Below, in pieces: positions 12,393 to 25,519 of a stretch of 64,000 nt of DNA (the first letter of the stretch is position 1; each line of letters starts with the position of its first letter). The stretch comes from Pristiophorus japonicus. Lineage: Eukaryota. The position numbers and the translations under genes were made by a program. The notes below the pieces were generated by a model. That model was given only the letters and a program-made list of their open reading frames with translations. It searched no databases and had not been told where the DNA came from. The stretch is taken from positions 24,738,001-24,802,000 of the forward strand of contig NC_091981.1 of NCBI RefSeq assembly GCF_044704955.1, given 5' to 3'.

Positions 12393-13439
12393 TTAGTCTT
12401 TTAGCAGGTACTGAAAAAGATGATTTTGATTTTCCCTTCCAATACAATTGAAGAATCAGCTTGAGCAAGAGAACAGCAATTCATGATTCACAATAATGAG
12501 CCCATTCGCATGAGGGGAAATCACCGCAATATTTGCCAAAATCTTCAGCTACACAAGTGTTGGAATGCTGGGTGCACCTGCAGCTTTGACTATAACCAAG
12601 CCAGGCCCTACTGCACACTCAGTGTAACTATCTGTCACAGGTCTATATTCAAGGGGGTTACAGTTTTGGGGGCTGTGTCATTATTCTCTGTAACAAAGCC
12701 AGGCCCTACTGCAGGGGTTCTGAACGTGGCGGGACAAATCGGATTCGGAACTCAAGAGCAAAAGCACCCAACTGCAGTGGCCCAGAAATGCTGACAGATG
12801 AACTGAATATCAATCACCAAGGCAAGGTGACTGGTGCACCTGCGGATGGCAGCTTTGGTGCTTGTGATTTGAGCAGGTCCGCCTCGCTAGGTCTCTGGGT
12901 CCGCCACCCGGCTTACCGGTGACCGACCAGGCAGTTTCCGTTATCTCTGGGCACACCTTCGCCCAGGCGAGCACAGATGACGCACCCGAGTGACAGTGGG
13001 TGGGTGGGTGACGGGCCTGCAGATTTATCAGTCTGAAAGCAATCTCGTGCTTTACTGCTGTCCCTGCGTCCTGGCAAAGGTGTAGCCTCACAGGCTGGGT
13101 ACTGCCCTCCCAATCTCAGCAAGCCCTCTCACTCGGCTCAGCACTGAAATCGCCATTTCACCCTCTTCCCTTGCTCGCTCGGGGCCAGTACGGCCAAACA
13201 GAACGAACACCTGGGGGCAACAGACCCCTTCAGTGACAATATTGAAATTATACTGCCACCCTCTGTCCCATCAAAGCTATTAGACCTGTCATTGACAAGT
13301 TTCCCATGAAGTAATTAAAATAAAAATAATAAATATATATGTTTAATTGTAAAATTAATTTTTATACAGAAAAAATACTTATGTTGTCTTATAGGGAGTG
13401 GGTGGGATTTTTATAGCACATGGGAGCCTCAGAAGCAGA

Positions 13440-14684
13440 AAGGTTCTTTGAGGATGTACCGAGCAAGGTGGATAAGGGGGAACCAGTGGATGTGGTGTAT
13501 TTGGATTTCCAGAAGGCATTTGATAAGGTGCCACATAAAAGGTTACTGCACAAGATAAACGTTCACGAGGTTGGGGGTAATATATTAACATGGATAGAGG
13601 ATTGGCTAACTAACAGAAATCAGAGAGTTGGGATAAATGGGTCATTTCCTGGTAGGCAAACAGTAACTAGTGGGGTGCTGCAGGGATCGGTGCTGGGTCC
13701 TCAATTATTCACAATCTATATTAATGACTTGGATGAAAGGACCGAGTGTAATGTAGCCAAGTTTGCTAATAATACAAAGATGGGTGGGAAAGCAAATTGT
13801 GAGGAGGACACAAAAAATCTGCAAAGGGACATAGACAGGCTAAGTGAGTGGGCAAAAATTTGGCAGATGGAGTATAATGTGGGAAAATGTGAGGTTATCC
13901 ACTTTGGCAGAAAAAATAAAAAAGGAAATTATAATTTAAATGGAGAAAAATTGCAAAGTGCTGCAATTCAGAGGGACCTGGGAGTCCTTGTGCATGAAAC
14001 ACAAAAAGTTAGTATTCAGGTACAGCAAGTAATCGGGAAGGCAAATGGAATGTTGGCCTTTATTGCAAGGGGGATAGATTATAAAAGCAGAGAAGTCCTG
14101 CTACAACTGTACAGGGTATTGGTGAGGTCACACCTAGAACCCTCCATATTTAAGGAAGGATATACTTGCTTTGGAGGCTGTTCAGAGAAGGTTCACTAAG
14201 TTGATTCCAGTGATGAGGGGGTTCACTTATGAAGATAGGTTGAGTAGGTCAGCCTATACACATTGGAGTTCAGAAGAATGAGAGGTGATCTTATCGAAAC
14301 AGATAACATAAAGTGGGGGCTCGACAAGGTGGATGCAGGGAGGATATTTCCACTCGTAGAGGAAACTAAAACTAGAGGATAGTCTCAAAATAAGGGGCTG
14401 CACATTTAAAACTGAAATGAGGAGGAATTTGTTCTCTCAAATGGTTGTAAATCTATGGAATTCTCTGCTCCAGAGAGCTGTGGAGGCTGGGTCATTGAAT
14501 AAATTCAAGGCGGTGATCGACAGGTTTTTGAGCGATAAGGGAATAAAGAGTTATGGAGAGTGGGCGGGGAAGTGGTGCTGAGTCCATGATCTGATCAGCC
14601 ACGATCTTATTAAATGGCAGAAGCGGCTCGAGGGGCCAAATGGCCTATTCCTGCTCTTATTTCTTATGTTTATATTTCTTATGT
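13440..14684 (+). mobile_element. 5'-truncated CR1 LINE (RT domain and 3' UTR)
   Basis: VDVVYLDFQKAFDKVPH and GVLQGSVLGPQLF; ends in a TTCTTATG tail. Confidence 0.95.
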
Positions 14685-14689
14685 AATCC

Positions 14690-14828
14690 TTCTCTTCAGT
14701 TGCAAACCCTGGTCATTCGTTACTTTCTTGATGGTCTTATTATACTAAAATCCTTCTGAACATCTATGTTTTGTATTCATTTTTCTTGAAGTTTTAAATA
14801 ATGGAGGACCAGAGCAAGGCAAATTACT
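14690..14828 (+). pseudogene. Truncated paralogue of the serpinB intron 1/exon 2 junction (MEDQSKANY stub)
   Basis: About 140 bp alignable to 25134-25273. ATG is at 14801, and similarity stops after 9 codons. Confidence 0.85.
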
Positions 14829-14994
14829 TTTGTTCTCGTGGTCTACTCCTACCCTCCTACACACTGAGTGTAACCACCTGTCACAGGCTGGATTCAGGGG
14901 GTTACAGGTTTGGGGCTGTGCCAGCTTTTGGTAGTTTTCTAATTTTGCATGTACACTTCTCACAAGCTCTGCAAGTTTTAATTCCGCATCAACT

Positions 14995-15110
14995 TTAAAA
15001 AAAGAGGAAACGCCTTGTGTTCCCAGTAAGAGGACCGCCTCCGCTCTGAGGGATAACAGAGCAGTCCTGTCAATCCGGGGGTGGAGGGGCGGCTGCTCAG
15101 GATTAAAAGG
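14995..15110 (+). promoter_or_regulatory. Putative serpinB promoter
   Basis: ETS/PU.1-like AAAGAGGAA at ~15001, GC box GGGGCGG at ~15086 and TATA-like GATTAAAA at 15101-15108, in non-TE sequence just upstream of a consensus donor. Confidence 0.5.
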
Positions 15111-15124
15111 CGCCACACAGGTGA

Positions 15125-15188
15125 CGCACAGAGCAAAGTGAAGACAGTGAGAGGAAGTGTTGGATGCTGAACGACAGCAGCGCATAAG
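15125..15188 (+). other. Putative non-coding exon 1 of the serpinB gene (start approximate)
   Basis: Consensus donor AAG|GTAAGT at 15188/15189. Clade B serpins characteristically have an untranslated exon 1. Confidence 0.55.
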
Positions 15189-15599
15189 GTAAGTGTCTTT
15201 ATATCTCTGCCAGGGGTTTTAGTGACACTACATTTCCGTGTCAGCGCTGCAAACCTTCGCTAACTTCATGATCAATTCCCTTTTAGTGCAGCGGATAAAC
15301 ACCGTCCACTCCCCCCATGTGTAATCTGTCCTTTCTCTCTTGTACTGTACTGTGAACAAGCGCTACCGGGGAGAGTGAAATACACATGGTTCCGCTTTCG
15401 GAGTTGTGATCGGGCTGTTCATTTCCGCTATGGGATAGACCAATATGTCAGAGATACCTGGACAGTAACTAAAGTCAATCCTGTGGCTGGGGGAAAACTA
15501 CAGAATGATCCACTCTGGGTGGAACTCTCAAGCGTTGTATCCGAGCCAACACGAGGGTATAATACAGAAACCCAGACGAACGTAAAAAGGTCAGATTGC

Positions 15600-17190
15600 T
15601 CGATTAAGAAATAGGGAAGATATGCAAGAACAGGAAGGTTAATTTAATGGAAGACGTCAATCAACCAAATAGAAATACCTGAGTTCTTTCCATTCAGAGT
15701 TGGTAAATGTGCGAGCCTTGAATTGGTATTCGCACAGGATCCAGACCAGTTATAGCACACCTGGGGGCCATCACCTATAGTGGGTAAAGTTTGACATGAA
15801 CTAGGAGTGAGATATATCCAAGACCAGCAGCTTGGTGTATAACTTTACGAAGGATCAATTCAATGAAATAAGGGGAAAATTACTGCCTATGGAATGGTGG
15901 AGAATGTTCAACAACATTTCAGTGGAGGACAACTGGAATACCTTTAAAGGTGTAATGCTGAAAGTGCAGGATCAAGACACACTGATCCTAAAGCTCAGGC
16001 TGAACAAACCTGTCCCAACATTGATTAACAAACAAACAGTAAGAGGACAGTCAGGGAAGAGGTATAAAACATGTAAGCAGAACCATAACGGAGGATTGTC
16101 AATATTGTGTGATTACTTCCTGCAAGTATTCCCATGGGAGGGTCTGAGAAACATGCGCACTCCAGAGTGAAGCAAAGTAACACTAACGACTCTTTGATAT
16201 GAATGAGATGAAGTCCTAGACAAGCTGAAAAGGCTCCCAATGAATAACTCACTGGGGTCTATGGTATATCCCCAAAGTGCTGAAAGAGCCTGAGGAGGAG
16301 ATATGAGGCACTGGCCACCATTATAAGTGATTTGCTGGACACTGGGGAGACACCAGTAGATTGAAAGCAGGTCAGTGTGGTGCCCATGTTCAGAAAAGGG
16401 GATAAAACGGACACAGGCAACTACAATCTTTATTCAGTGTAAAATACTGGAATCAAATCAGCAGGAATCAATATCTGGAGCATCTGTCTCACATTATCCG
16501 AGAGAACAGTAGGCTCCGGATTCAGAAGGGGACGATCCCACCTCAAAAAACCTATTTGTCCTCTTTGAGGATGAACCATCTCAATTGCACTTTGTAAAGT
16601 ATTATGCTATGCTGTACTTAGACTTCCAAAAGGCACCTCATAAAGTCCCTCATGTAAAGTTTGTAAATCAAACTCAATGCTGTGGGAATTCATTATAAAT
16701 CCTAGAAATGGATAATAAACAGGTTGATGAGTCGAAACAGCTGGAATATAATTCAAAAGCAGAGAAGTCATGTTAAATGTATATAGAACCTGGGTTAAAC
16801 CAAACTTGATGTGTTTTGCACAGTTCTCGTATCCACATATATTTTTTTAAGTATAGAAAAACAGTGGAGACGGTGGGAAAAAGATTTACAAGAATGATAC
16901 CAGAACTGAGTGTGCACAACTATCTGGAAAGACTGGGGCTCCTTTGTCTAGAAAATAGGAAACTGAGGGGTGACCTGACAGAAGTCTTTCAAATTATGAA
17001 GCAGTTTTATATGGTAAATGTACTGAAGATGTTTCCACTTGCGGGGAGTATAAAACTAACAGACATAATTATAAAATAGTCACTAATAAGGAATTCAGGC
17101 GTAACTTGTTTATTCAGAGTGTGGTGAGAATGTGGAACATGCTACCACAGGGAGTGGTTGAGGTGAATAGCATTCAAGGGGAAGCTTGAT
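15600..17190 (+). mobile_element. Old, heavily decayed CR1 LINE
   Basis: Remnants include LDFQKA-like gacttccaaaaggc, KRFTRMIPEL and LRGDLTEVFQIMK. Confidence 0.75.
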
Positions 17191-17205
17191 AATTAAATGT
17201 AAGAT

Positions 17206-20200
17206 AAATAAGAACATAAGAATTAGGAACAGGAGTAGGCCATCGAGCCCCTCGAGCCTGCTCCGCCATTCAAAAAGATCATGGCTGATCTGGCCGTGGA
17301 CTCAGCTCCACTTACCCGCCCGCTCCCCATAACCTTTAATTCCCTTATTAGTTAAAAATCTATCTATCTGTGACTTGAATACATTCAATGAGCTATCCTC
17401 AACTGCTTCCTTGGGCAGAGAATTCCACAGATTCACAACCCTCTGGGAGAAGAAATTCCTTCTCAACTCGGTTTTAAATTGGCTCCCCCGTATTTTGAGG
17501 CTGTGCCCCCTAGTTCTAGTCTCCCCGACCAGTGGAAACAACCTCTCTGCCTCTATCTTGTCTATCCCTTTCATTATTTTAAATGTTTCTATAAGATCAC
17601 CCCTCATCCTTCTGAACTCCAACGAGTAAAGACCCAGTCTACTCAATCTATCATCATAAGGTAACCCCCTCATCTCCGGAATCAACCTAGTGAATCGTCT
17701 CTGTACCCCCTCCAAAGCCAGTATATCCTTCCTTAAGTAAGGCGACCAAAACTGCACGCAGTACTCCAGATGCGGCCTCACCAATACCCTATACAGTTGC
17801 AGAAGGACCTCCCTGCTTTTGTATTCCATCCCTCTCGCAATGAAGGCCAACATTCCATTCGCCTTCCTGATTACCTGCTGCACCTGCAAACTAACTTTTT
17901 GGGATTCACGCACAAGGACCCCCAGGTCCCTCTGCACCGCAGCATGTTGTAATTTCTGCCCATTCAAATAGTATTCCCTTTTTTTGTTTTTTTTCCCAAG
18001 GTGGATGACCTCACACTTTCCGACATTGTATTCCATCTGCCAAACCTTAGCCCATTCGCTTAACCTATCTAAATCTCTTTGCAGCCTCTCTGTGTCCTCT
18101 ACACAACCCGCTTTCCCACTAATCTTTGTGTCATCTGCAAATTTTGTTACACTACACTCTGTCCCCTCTTCCAGGTCATCTATGTATATTGTAAACAATT
18201 GTGGTCCCAGCACCGATCCCTGTGGCACACCACTAACCACCGATTTCCAACCCGAAAAGGACCCATTTATCCCGACTCTCTGCTTTCTGTTCGCCAGCCA
18301 ATTCTCTATCCATGCTAATACATTTCCACTGACCCCGCGTACCTTTATCTTCTGCAGTAACCTTTTGTGTGGCACCTTATCGAATGCCTTTTGAAAATCT
18401 AAATACACCACATCCATCGGTACACCTCTATCCACCATGCTCGTTATATCCTCAAAGAATTCCAGTAAATTAGTTAAACATGATTTCCCCTTCATGAATC
18501 CATGCTGCGTCTGCTTGATTGCACTATTCCTATCTAGATGTCCCACTATTTCTTCCTTAATGATAGTTTCAAGCATTTTCCCCACTACAGATGTTAAACT
18601 AACCGGCCTATAGTTACCTGCCTTTTGTCTGCCCCCTTTTTTAAACAGATGCGTTACATTAGCTGCTTTCCAATCCGCTGGTACCTCCCCAGAGTCCAGA
18701 GAATTTTGGTAGATTATAACGAATGCATCTGCTATAACTTCCGCCATCTCTTTTCATACCCTGGGCTGCATTTCATCAGGACCAGGGGACTTGTCTACCT
18801 TGAGTCCCATTAGCCTGTCCAGCACTACCCCCCCTAGTGATAGTGATTGTCTCCAGGTCCTCCCTTCCCACATTCCTGTGACCAGCAATTTCTGGCATGG
18901 TTTCTGTGTCTTCCACTGTGAAGACCGAAGCAAAATAATTGTTTAGGGTCTCAGCCATTTCCACATTTCCCATTATTAAATCCCCCTTCTCATCTTCTAA
19001 GGGACCAACATTTACTTTAGTCACTCTTTTCCGTTTTATATATCTGTAAAAGCTTTTACTATCCGTTTTTATGTTTTGCGCAAGTTTACCTTCGTAATCT
19101 ATCTTTCCTTTCTTTATTGCTTTCTTAGTCATTCTTTGTTGTCGTTTAAAGTTTTCCCAATCTTCTATTTTCCCACTAACCTTGGCCACCTTATACGCAT
19201 TGGTTTTTAATTTGATGCTCTCCTTAATTTCCCTGGTTATCCACGGCTGGTTATCCCTTCTCTTACCACCCTTCTTTTTCATTGGAATATATTTTTGTTG
19301 AGCACTATGAAAGAGCTCCTTAAAAGTCCTCCACTGTTCCTCAATTGTGCCACCGTTTAGTCTGTGTTTCCAGTCTACTTTAGCCAACTCTGCCCTCATC
19401 CCACTGTAGTCCCCTTTGTTTAAGCATAGTATGCTCGTTTGAGACACTACTTCCTCGCCCTCAATCTGTGTTACTAATTCAACCACACTGTGATCACTCA
19501 TTCCGAGAGGATCTTTTACTAGGAGATCGTTTATTATTCCTGTCTCATTAAACAGGACCAGATCTAAGATAGCTTGCTCCCTTGTAGGTTCTGTAACATA
19601 CTGTTCTAAGAAACAATCCCGTATGCATTCTATGAATTCCTCCTCCAGGCTACCCCGTGCGATTTGATTTGACCAATCGATATGTAGGTTAAAATCCCCC
19701 ATGATTACTGCCGTTTCTTTTTCACATGCCTCCATTATTTCCTTGATTATTGCCCGCCCCACCGTGAAGTTATTATTTGGGGGCCTATAAACCAAGCCCA
19801 CCAGTGACTTTTCCCCCTTACTATCTCTAATCTCCACCCACAATGATTCAACATTGTGTTCATTGGAGCCAATATCGTCTCTCACAACTGCCCTGATATC
19901 ATCCTTTATTAACAGAGCTACCCCACCTCCTTTCCCTTCTTGTCTATCTTTCCGAATCGTCAGATACCCCTGTCCCAGTCTTGGCCACCCTGCAACCACG
20001 TTTCTGTAACGGCCACCAAATCATACCCATTTGTAATGATTTGTGCCGTCAACTCATTTACTTTATTTCGAATGCTGCGTGCGTTTAGGTAGAGTGTTTT
20101 AATACTAGTTTTTAATCCATGATTTTTAGTTTTGACCCCTCCTGCAGCCCCTTTACATTCAGTGGCCCTTTTTGTTTTTTGCCTTGGGTTTCTCTGCCCT

Positions 20201-20315
20201 CCACTTTTACTCATCTCCTTTCTGTCTTTTGCTTTTGTCTCCTTTTTGTTTCCCTCTGTCTCCCTGCATTGGTTCCCATCCCCCTGCCACATTAGTTTAA
20301 CTCCTCCCCAACAGC
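17206..20315 (-). mobile_element. Young CR1 LINE with near-complete ORF2 (APE + RT), few disruptions
   Basis: ORFs 19960-20292 (YLNARSIRNK), 18776-19999 (MGDFN, SDH) and 17302-18747 (RT, FADD), with a CATAAGAA tail at ~17210. Confidence 0.97.
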
Positions 20316-21348
20316 ACTAGCATATATAAACAAATAGAAGGATATATTGACGGGGTGAGATGAAGTAGGGTAGGATGAGACTCATGTGGAGCATAGACCA
20401 GTTGGTCTGAATGTCCTGTTTCTGTGCTGTAAAATTCTATGCAACACTGGTACCTCATGAATGGCACTGAAATAGCTAAGACTGATCTAAAAAGAGACCT
20501 AGATATCTTGGTAGACTCAATACTAAACATATATAAGTAATCAACAGAGCTACTAGAATGTAGAACTACATCACCAAAACAGTTGAATATAAATCAGAGG
20601 AAGTCAATGATCAAACCATAACTGCTCTGGTTAGATCACATTTCAAGTATTATGTTCAATTCTGGTCACCAAGATACAATTGAGAGCTTCTAGTGCTGGA
20701 GGCAGCAGAGAGAAGATCAATGAGACTGATCCTTGGTTGCTGTGGTCTGAGATATGAAAAAAGACCAGTCTGGAAAGGAGGAGTCTGAGAGGTAATATTA
20801 CAGAGTCAAAAGAAATAGTAAATGTTGTGGAAAAGGTAAATGTGGGAGTAAAACAAGGAGACAAAGGTTCCAACTCGTAAAAGATAACTTTAGGACTGAT
20901 ATCAGGACGTTCTTTTTAACATAGTGAGCAACACTTGGTTTAGATTTCCAGATGGAGTCGTACAGGTGAAAACCTAGGTTGCATTTAAGAAAGAATTCTA
21001 TAATGAAATGGGAGGATTGTAGAGCACCTGTGGATGGATGAACTAATGTGGGTCAAATGGTCTTCTCCTCTGGAATTATCTTGTGATCTGTCAATACATC
21101 TATCCCTATAATAGTTTGTGCACAAGGACAAATATTTGAAAGTAGTGATGGAAAGCTCATTTAAACTATCAGTGTATGTTGAGGAATATATATTTGCCTT
21201 TGTAGTTTGTTCTATGAACGCAAGGCAAAATGGCTGCTGCAAGCATTATGGGTAGGATAAAATGCAGGATAAAATGATGCAACATGGGTGAAGACAGTTA
21301 GTCTAAGAAAGTGATGCACACTTCTGCACGTAGCCTTTAGAACCCCGA

Positions 21349-23527
21349 GGGCTAGATTTTACACTTTTGTGCAGATCGACCAAAAATGAGTGTTATTTCT
21401 GGCATGGGTCGTAAAAATGGGTTTTCAGGTCGCCGCTTGTCGCCCATTTTCAAAGCCCTTAGTCTCCATTTTAAAAATTGGACGTTATCGCGAGCGATCT
21501 GAAATGGGCGTTAGCGTTAAATTTCTCTGACCTTCTGCTGTAAAGTGTCACCGTCCTTAGCAACGGCATGGCAACGCTCATTTCCCGTGATTCAGGAGGT
21601 CAGGGGTCATCCTTATATACGCAGAAGAGGAGACAGAGAGAGAGAGGGAGCAGAGAGGGACTGAAACGGTGAGTGGGTGTGGTGTGTGCTTGTTTAGCTG
21701 TTGTGGGAGCCACAAGGGAGATTCACCAGCAGCAAAAAGCCAACTAAGTACCAGGAACATAGCTGGCACTGAGTTTTTGTCCAACAAATAACACATAACA
21801 TGGAAGGGATGGAGGAGGCCCTGGAGCTGTTAACCAGGAACACTGGTGGCAGAGGGCTCCCAGTGATCCCAGAGCGCGGCACTGCACCCCAAGATGCTGC
21901 ACCCCCATTGCCATGAGAGCCAGGAGCAACATCTTGCTTCTAGCTAGGAGCACATTCCCACCTTGGGACCATCCTCTCATGTATCTGTCGAAGCAGCGGT
22001 TCGGCCGTCATCCCCCTCGCCCCAATGAAGCAGCATCTGAGGAGCTCCTCGGCCAGGCAGCTTGGAGGCAGGAGGGGAAGGGATAGAGGTGGGGAGAGAA
22101 GCAGCAGGGGCGGGGTGGGGGGGAAGGAAAGTGAGGTGCATGGCCGCAGGTGTTGTCTGGGGCATATTTTTAGGTTGCTGCTGCTATTTTGGGGGGAGGA
22201 TCGGTGCAAGGGGCGAGGGGACTACCTTGTTGGTTTGCATTTGTGTTCTATATTGTGGGAAATGGGGACCATTGTAATGATGTAAATGTGACAAATTTGT
22301 TGTGGGCTGGGGCGGGGGTGGGGTGGGCTGGTTTTTACAGATATACTTATCATTTCAGACAAATGGTCAGAGTAAATGTTTTTTATTTAACATAACCTTG
22401 TTGCGCATTGGCTCAGCTAGCTGCACTGTAGACACACTGGTGATTCCTTAATATGAAAGGGTATAATTACACTTAACTTCAATCAACTTAAACTTTAACT
22501 GTCACCAAGGTAATGCACACCATGGATGTATGACCTGCACACCCAGCAGTGTTTCAGCTTTGTAAATACCACCAACGTTATTTCAAGCAAAGCGCTCATT
22601 TATGAGCTCCTGACATCAGAGTCTTGCAGCTATGATGCCACCATCTCCCTTATGAGCTGGCATACCTCAGTGATAACCACTTTGTGGAAGCGCAGTCTCC
22701 TAAGGCAGGTAGTGTTGCACAAGTTGAGGTAAGACTGCTTCACCCTGTACTTGCGGGGGGTGTAACGTCTGATCCTCCTCATCGGTCTGTCACGTCTTGC
22801 ATTGGCCACATGATGCTGCCGAGTGTACCTTCTGCCATCTCGCGTCTGCAGCATGTGAGTCGTCATCAAGAGAGAGTGAGAAATGGCAGGCACCATTCCA
22901 ACAGCTATGTGTTTTCCACCGATTGTTCACAAAGAATAATGCCCCTACTAAGACATCTAGTAAATTCCAATCATCCACAGTATGAAAAGATGTTTGTTCA
23001 GATGTTCACAACACCTCCAATCACCTCCAGAGTAAATCTGAACTCCCCCAAGGTTGAAGCAGAGCAGCCTTTTAAATGATGCGACCTGCGATTTAGAACA
23101 TGGCGTCCATACCGCTGTGAGTAGTTCCGGTTAGTTCAACTTTTGAGCAGCATTTTTTTCGGTGAGCGATATTATCGGTGAAATGTGTACGAGATGCAGA
23201 CAGTTAGTTTTGGCAAATGTGGTCTTTATGACAAAAAACAGTGGGCGGTCAGTATTATTAAATCTCGGTGTTAATTACGTGCCGAAAGTAATGCTGGGTG
23301 ATATTCTGTGCGTTGGGATCGCCCATTCTGATGATTGCGCCCCGTATTATTTTTTTCAGCGGTACGCACATGCGGAAAATAACACTCGGCGATAAGTGAC
23401 CGAGAAATGGGAATCAGTTTCCATTTTGTGGCTAAGTGGGCGATATATGGGTATTGCACCTCATTCCAGCGTTAAAATTGATGTTAAGTGGGCGGTATGC
23501 ATGCAAAAATAATGGAAATTCTAGCCC
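21349..23527 (-). mobile_element. Internally deleted Harbinger DNA transposon
   Basis: Termini GGGCTAGATTTT and GGAAATTCTAGCCC; minus-strand transposase start CLRRLRFHKVVITEVCQLI (22630-22896). Same family as 36827-38760, in inverted orientation. Confidence 0.85.
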
Positions 23528-24194
23528 CTAGCCTCAAGATGACATATCTGGAGCACACCAGACAAACGCCCGTTTTACTTAGTTTCCCCTTAACCGCCGA
23601 GAAAACCGATGAGAATAATGGTGCAAGACCCATTTTCTCGCCGGGTGATTAGTTTCAATTAGTTTTAACTTAAAAGTGAAAATTTTCACCAGCATTACTT
23701 ACCAAACATTAGTGTTTTTTCTGGCCGGGCAGTCGGGTGTTGAGGGGCTCTCTAGGAAAGTCTAGCCCTTAAACATTTTAAATGGCTTAATTTACCAGCT
23801 GTGCAAGACAGTATTTCAGATTAAATGAGGATAGAGACATGGATAATGGAAGGTGGCTGACTGTCAAGATGTTTTTAGACAATGAAACAGAATCTGTTAA
23901 GGATGAGGCCTGTATGGTTGTGTAAGTTCAGCAATCTGTTCGATGACCTAGAGTCATAAGCTACCTGCAGAAGTTAAACCCAACAAACTCGGTGTCACAA
24001 ATTCAGCCATGATCTAATCAAATAATTAATCAGGCTTGAGGGGCTGAATGGCTCCTAGGGCTTCTGTTCCAGGGGCTGCACTAATCTTCCTGACTGGATG
24101 AGCTTTGTCAATTGCTATCTCGGCTATATCGATCCATATGTGTGAGTGTTGCAGCGTGGAAGAGCAATGAGTAGCAAAAGGCTGCCAATTATTA

Positions 24195-24830
24195 TTAATA
24201 ACTTTTATTTATATAGAGCCTTTAACATAGTAAAACATCGAAAGGTGCTTCACAGCAGTGTTACAAGACAAAACAGATACATTTGACACCGAGCCACAAT
24301 AAAATATGGCAGATGACCAAAAGATTGGTTAAAGAGGCAGGTTTTAAGAAGCGTCTTAAAGGAGGAAAGAGAAGTTGAAGGAAGGAATTCCGGAGCTTAG
24401 GGCCTTAGCAGCTGAAGGCACGGCTGCCAATGGAGGAGCAATTAAAATCGGGCTGCTCAATAGGGCAGAATTGGAGGAGCGCAGATATATTGGAGGGCAG
24501 TAAGGCTGAAGAAATTTAGAAATAGGGAGGGGTGAGGTCATGGGGGGATTTGAAAAGAAGGATGAGAATTTTAAAATCAAGGTGTTGCTTAACTGGGAGC
24601 CAATGTGATGGGTGAACAGAACTTGGTGTGAGTTAAGACGTGAGCAGCAGAGTTTTGGAGACTCCAAGTTTACGAAGGGTAGAACGAGGGAGGCCGGCCA
24701 GGAGTGTGTTCGAATAGTCAAGTGTAGAAGTAACAAAGGAATGAATGAAAGTTTCAGCAGCAGGTGGGCTTAGGCAGAGGGGCAGTCAGGCGGTGTTACA
24801 GAGATGGAAATAGACAGTTTTCGTGATGCA
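24195..24830 (-). mobile_element. L2-type LINE 3' end
   Basis: The reverse complement ends CTGTGAAGCACCTTT..ACTATGTTAAAGGCTCTATATAAATAAAAG, typical of L2-group tails, and resembles 47560-47740. Confidence 0.75.
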
Positions 24831-25245
24831 ATATATATCAGACAACTTTCTCCAGGGAGCTGTGCTGAGGCCTTACCATTTCCCTTTGTTTTATAATTTT
24901 TCCAAATATTGTACATATCTTGGTTTTGCTAGAGATGCCTTGAGACCGAAGTCTTTGTTTCACTGATGTTCATCAATCAACCGAGGTTGTTTCAGCACGT
25001 TGGTTAATGAGAAACAATAATATTTGAATCTTAGACATGTAGAGATTAAATAACTTGAGACCAATTCTACAGAGAAGATTGTAAATGTTTCACTGCAGAC
25101 CAACACTCAGTTTGCGATTCTTCATAAGCCAATTTCTCTGTTCAGTTGCAAACCCTGGTAATTCATTAACTTTCTTGAGAACCTTATTGTACCAAAATCA
25201 TTTTGGATATTTGTTTTATATTCATTTTTCCTGCAGTTTTAACCA

Positions 25246-25413
25246 ATGGAGGACCTGAGCAAAGCAAATTGCCATTTCACCCTTGACCTATTCAGAAAGC
25301 TGGTTGAAAAAAATCAAGCTGGCAACATCTTTTTTTCTCCATTCAGCATCTCCAGTGCGTTGGCCATGGTTTATCTTGGAGCAAAAAATAATACTGCATC
25401 TCAAATGGCAAAG
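25246..25413 (+). CDS. Clade B serpin (SERPINB1/leukocyte elastase inhibitor-like), first coding exon
   Basis: [56 protein letters not shown]: 56 codons, no signal peptide. Acceptor TTTTTCCTGCAG| at 25236 and phase-0 donor AAG|GTATGT at 25413/25414 match the ov-serpin exon 2 layout. Confidence 0.95.
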
Positions 25414-25519
25414 GTATGTATAAAATTACTCTGAGTAAAAGATGTAGCTGAATTTTTTTTAACTGTCTTGTGTGTGCATTTTGTTTGATAATATCAGTTT
25501 GCCAGAAGCATGGACTTAT

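Larger units (their letters stand above)
1..14917 (+). repeat. Segmental duplication, copy A (continues upstream of the window)
   Basis: Position 1 (tgggatacaaaattccacag) matches 48687, and 14917 (ggtttggggct) matches 64000. ORFs recur at an offset of 48686-49090. Confidence 0.98.

Noticed and set aside
17302-20292. Active autonomous CR1
   Set aside because: ORF2 is split by frameshifts and a stop near 18755, and no ORF1 is present.
25414-25434. VCIKLL* end of the 62-aa serpin ORF
   Set aside because: Read-through into the intron past the GTATGT donor.
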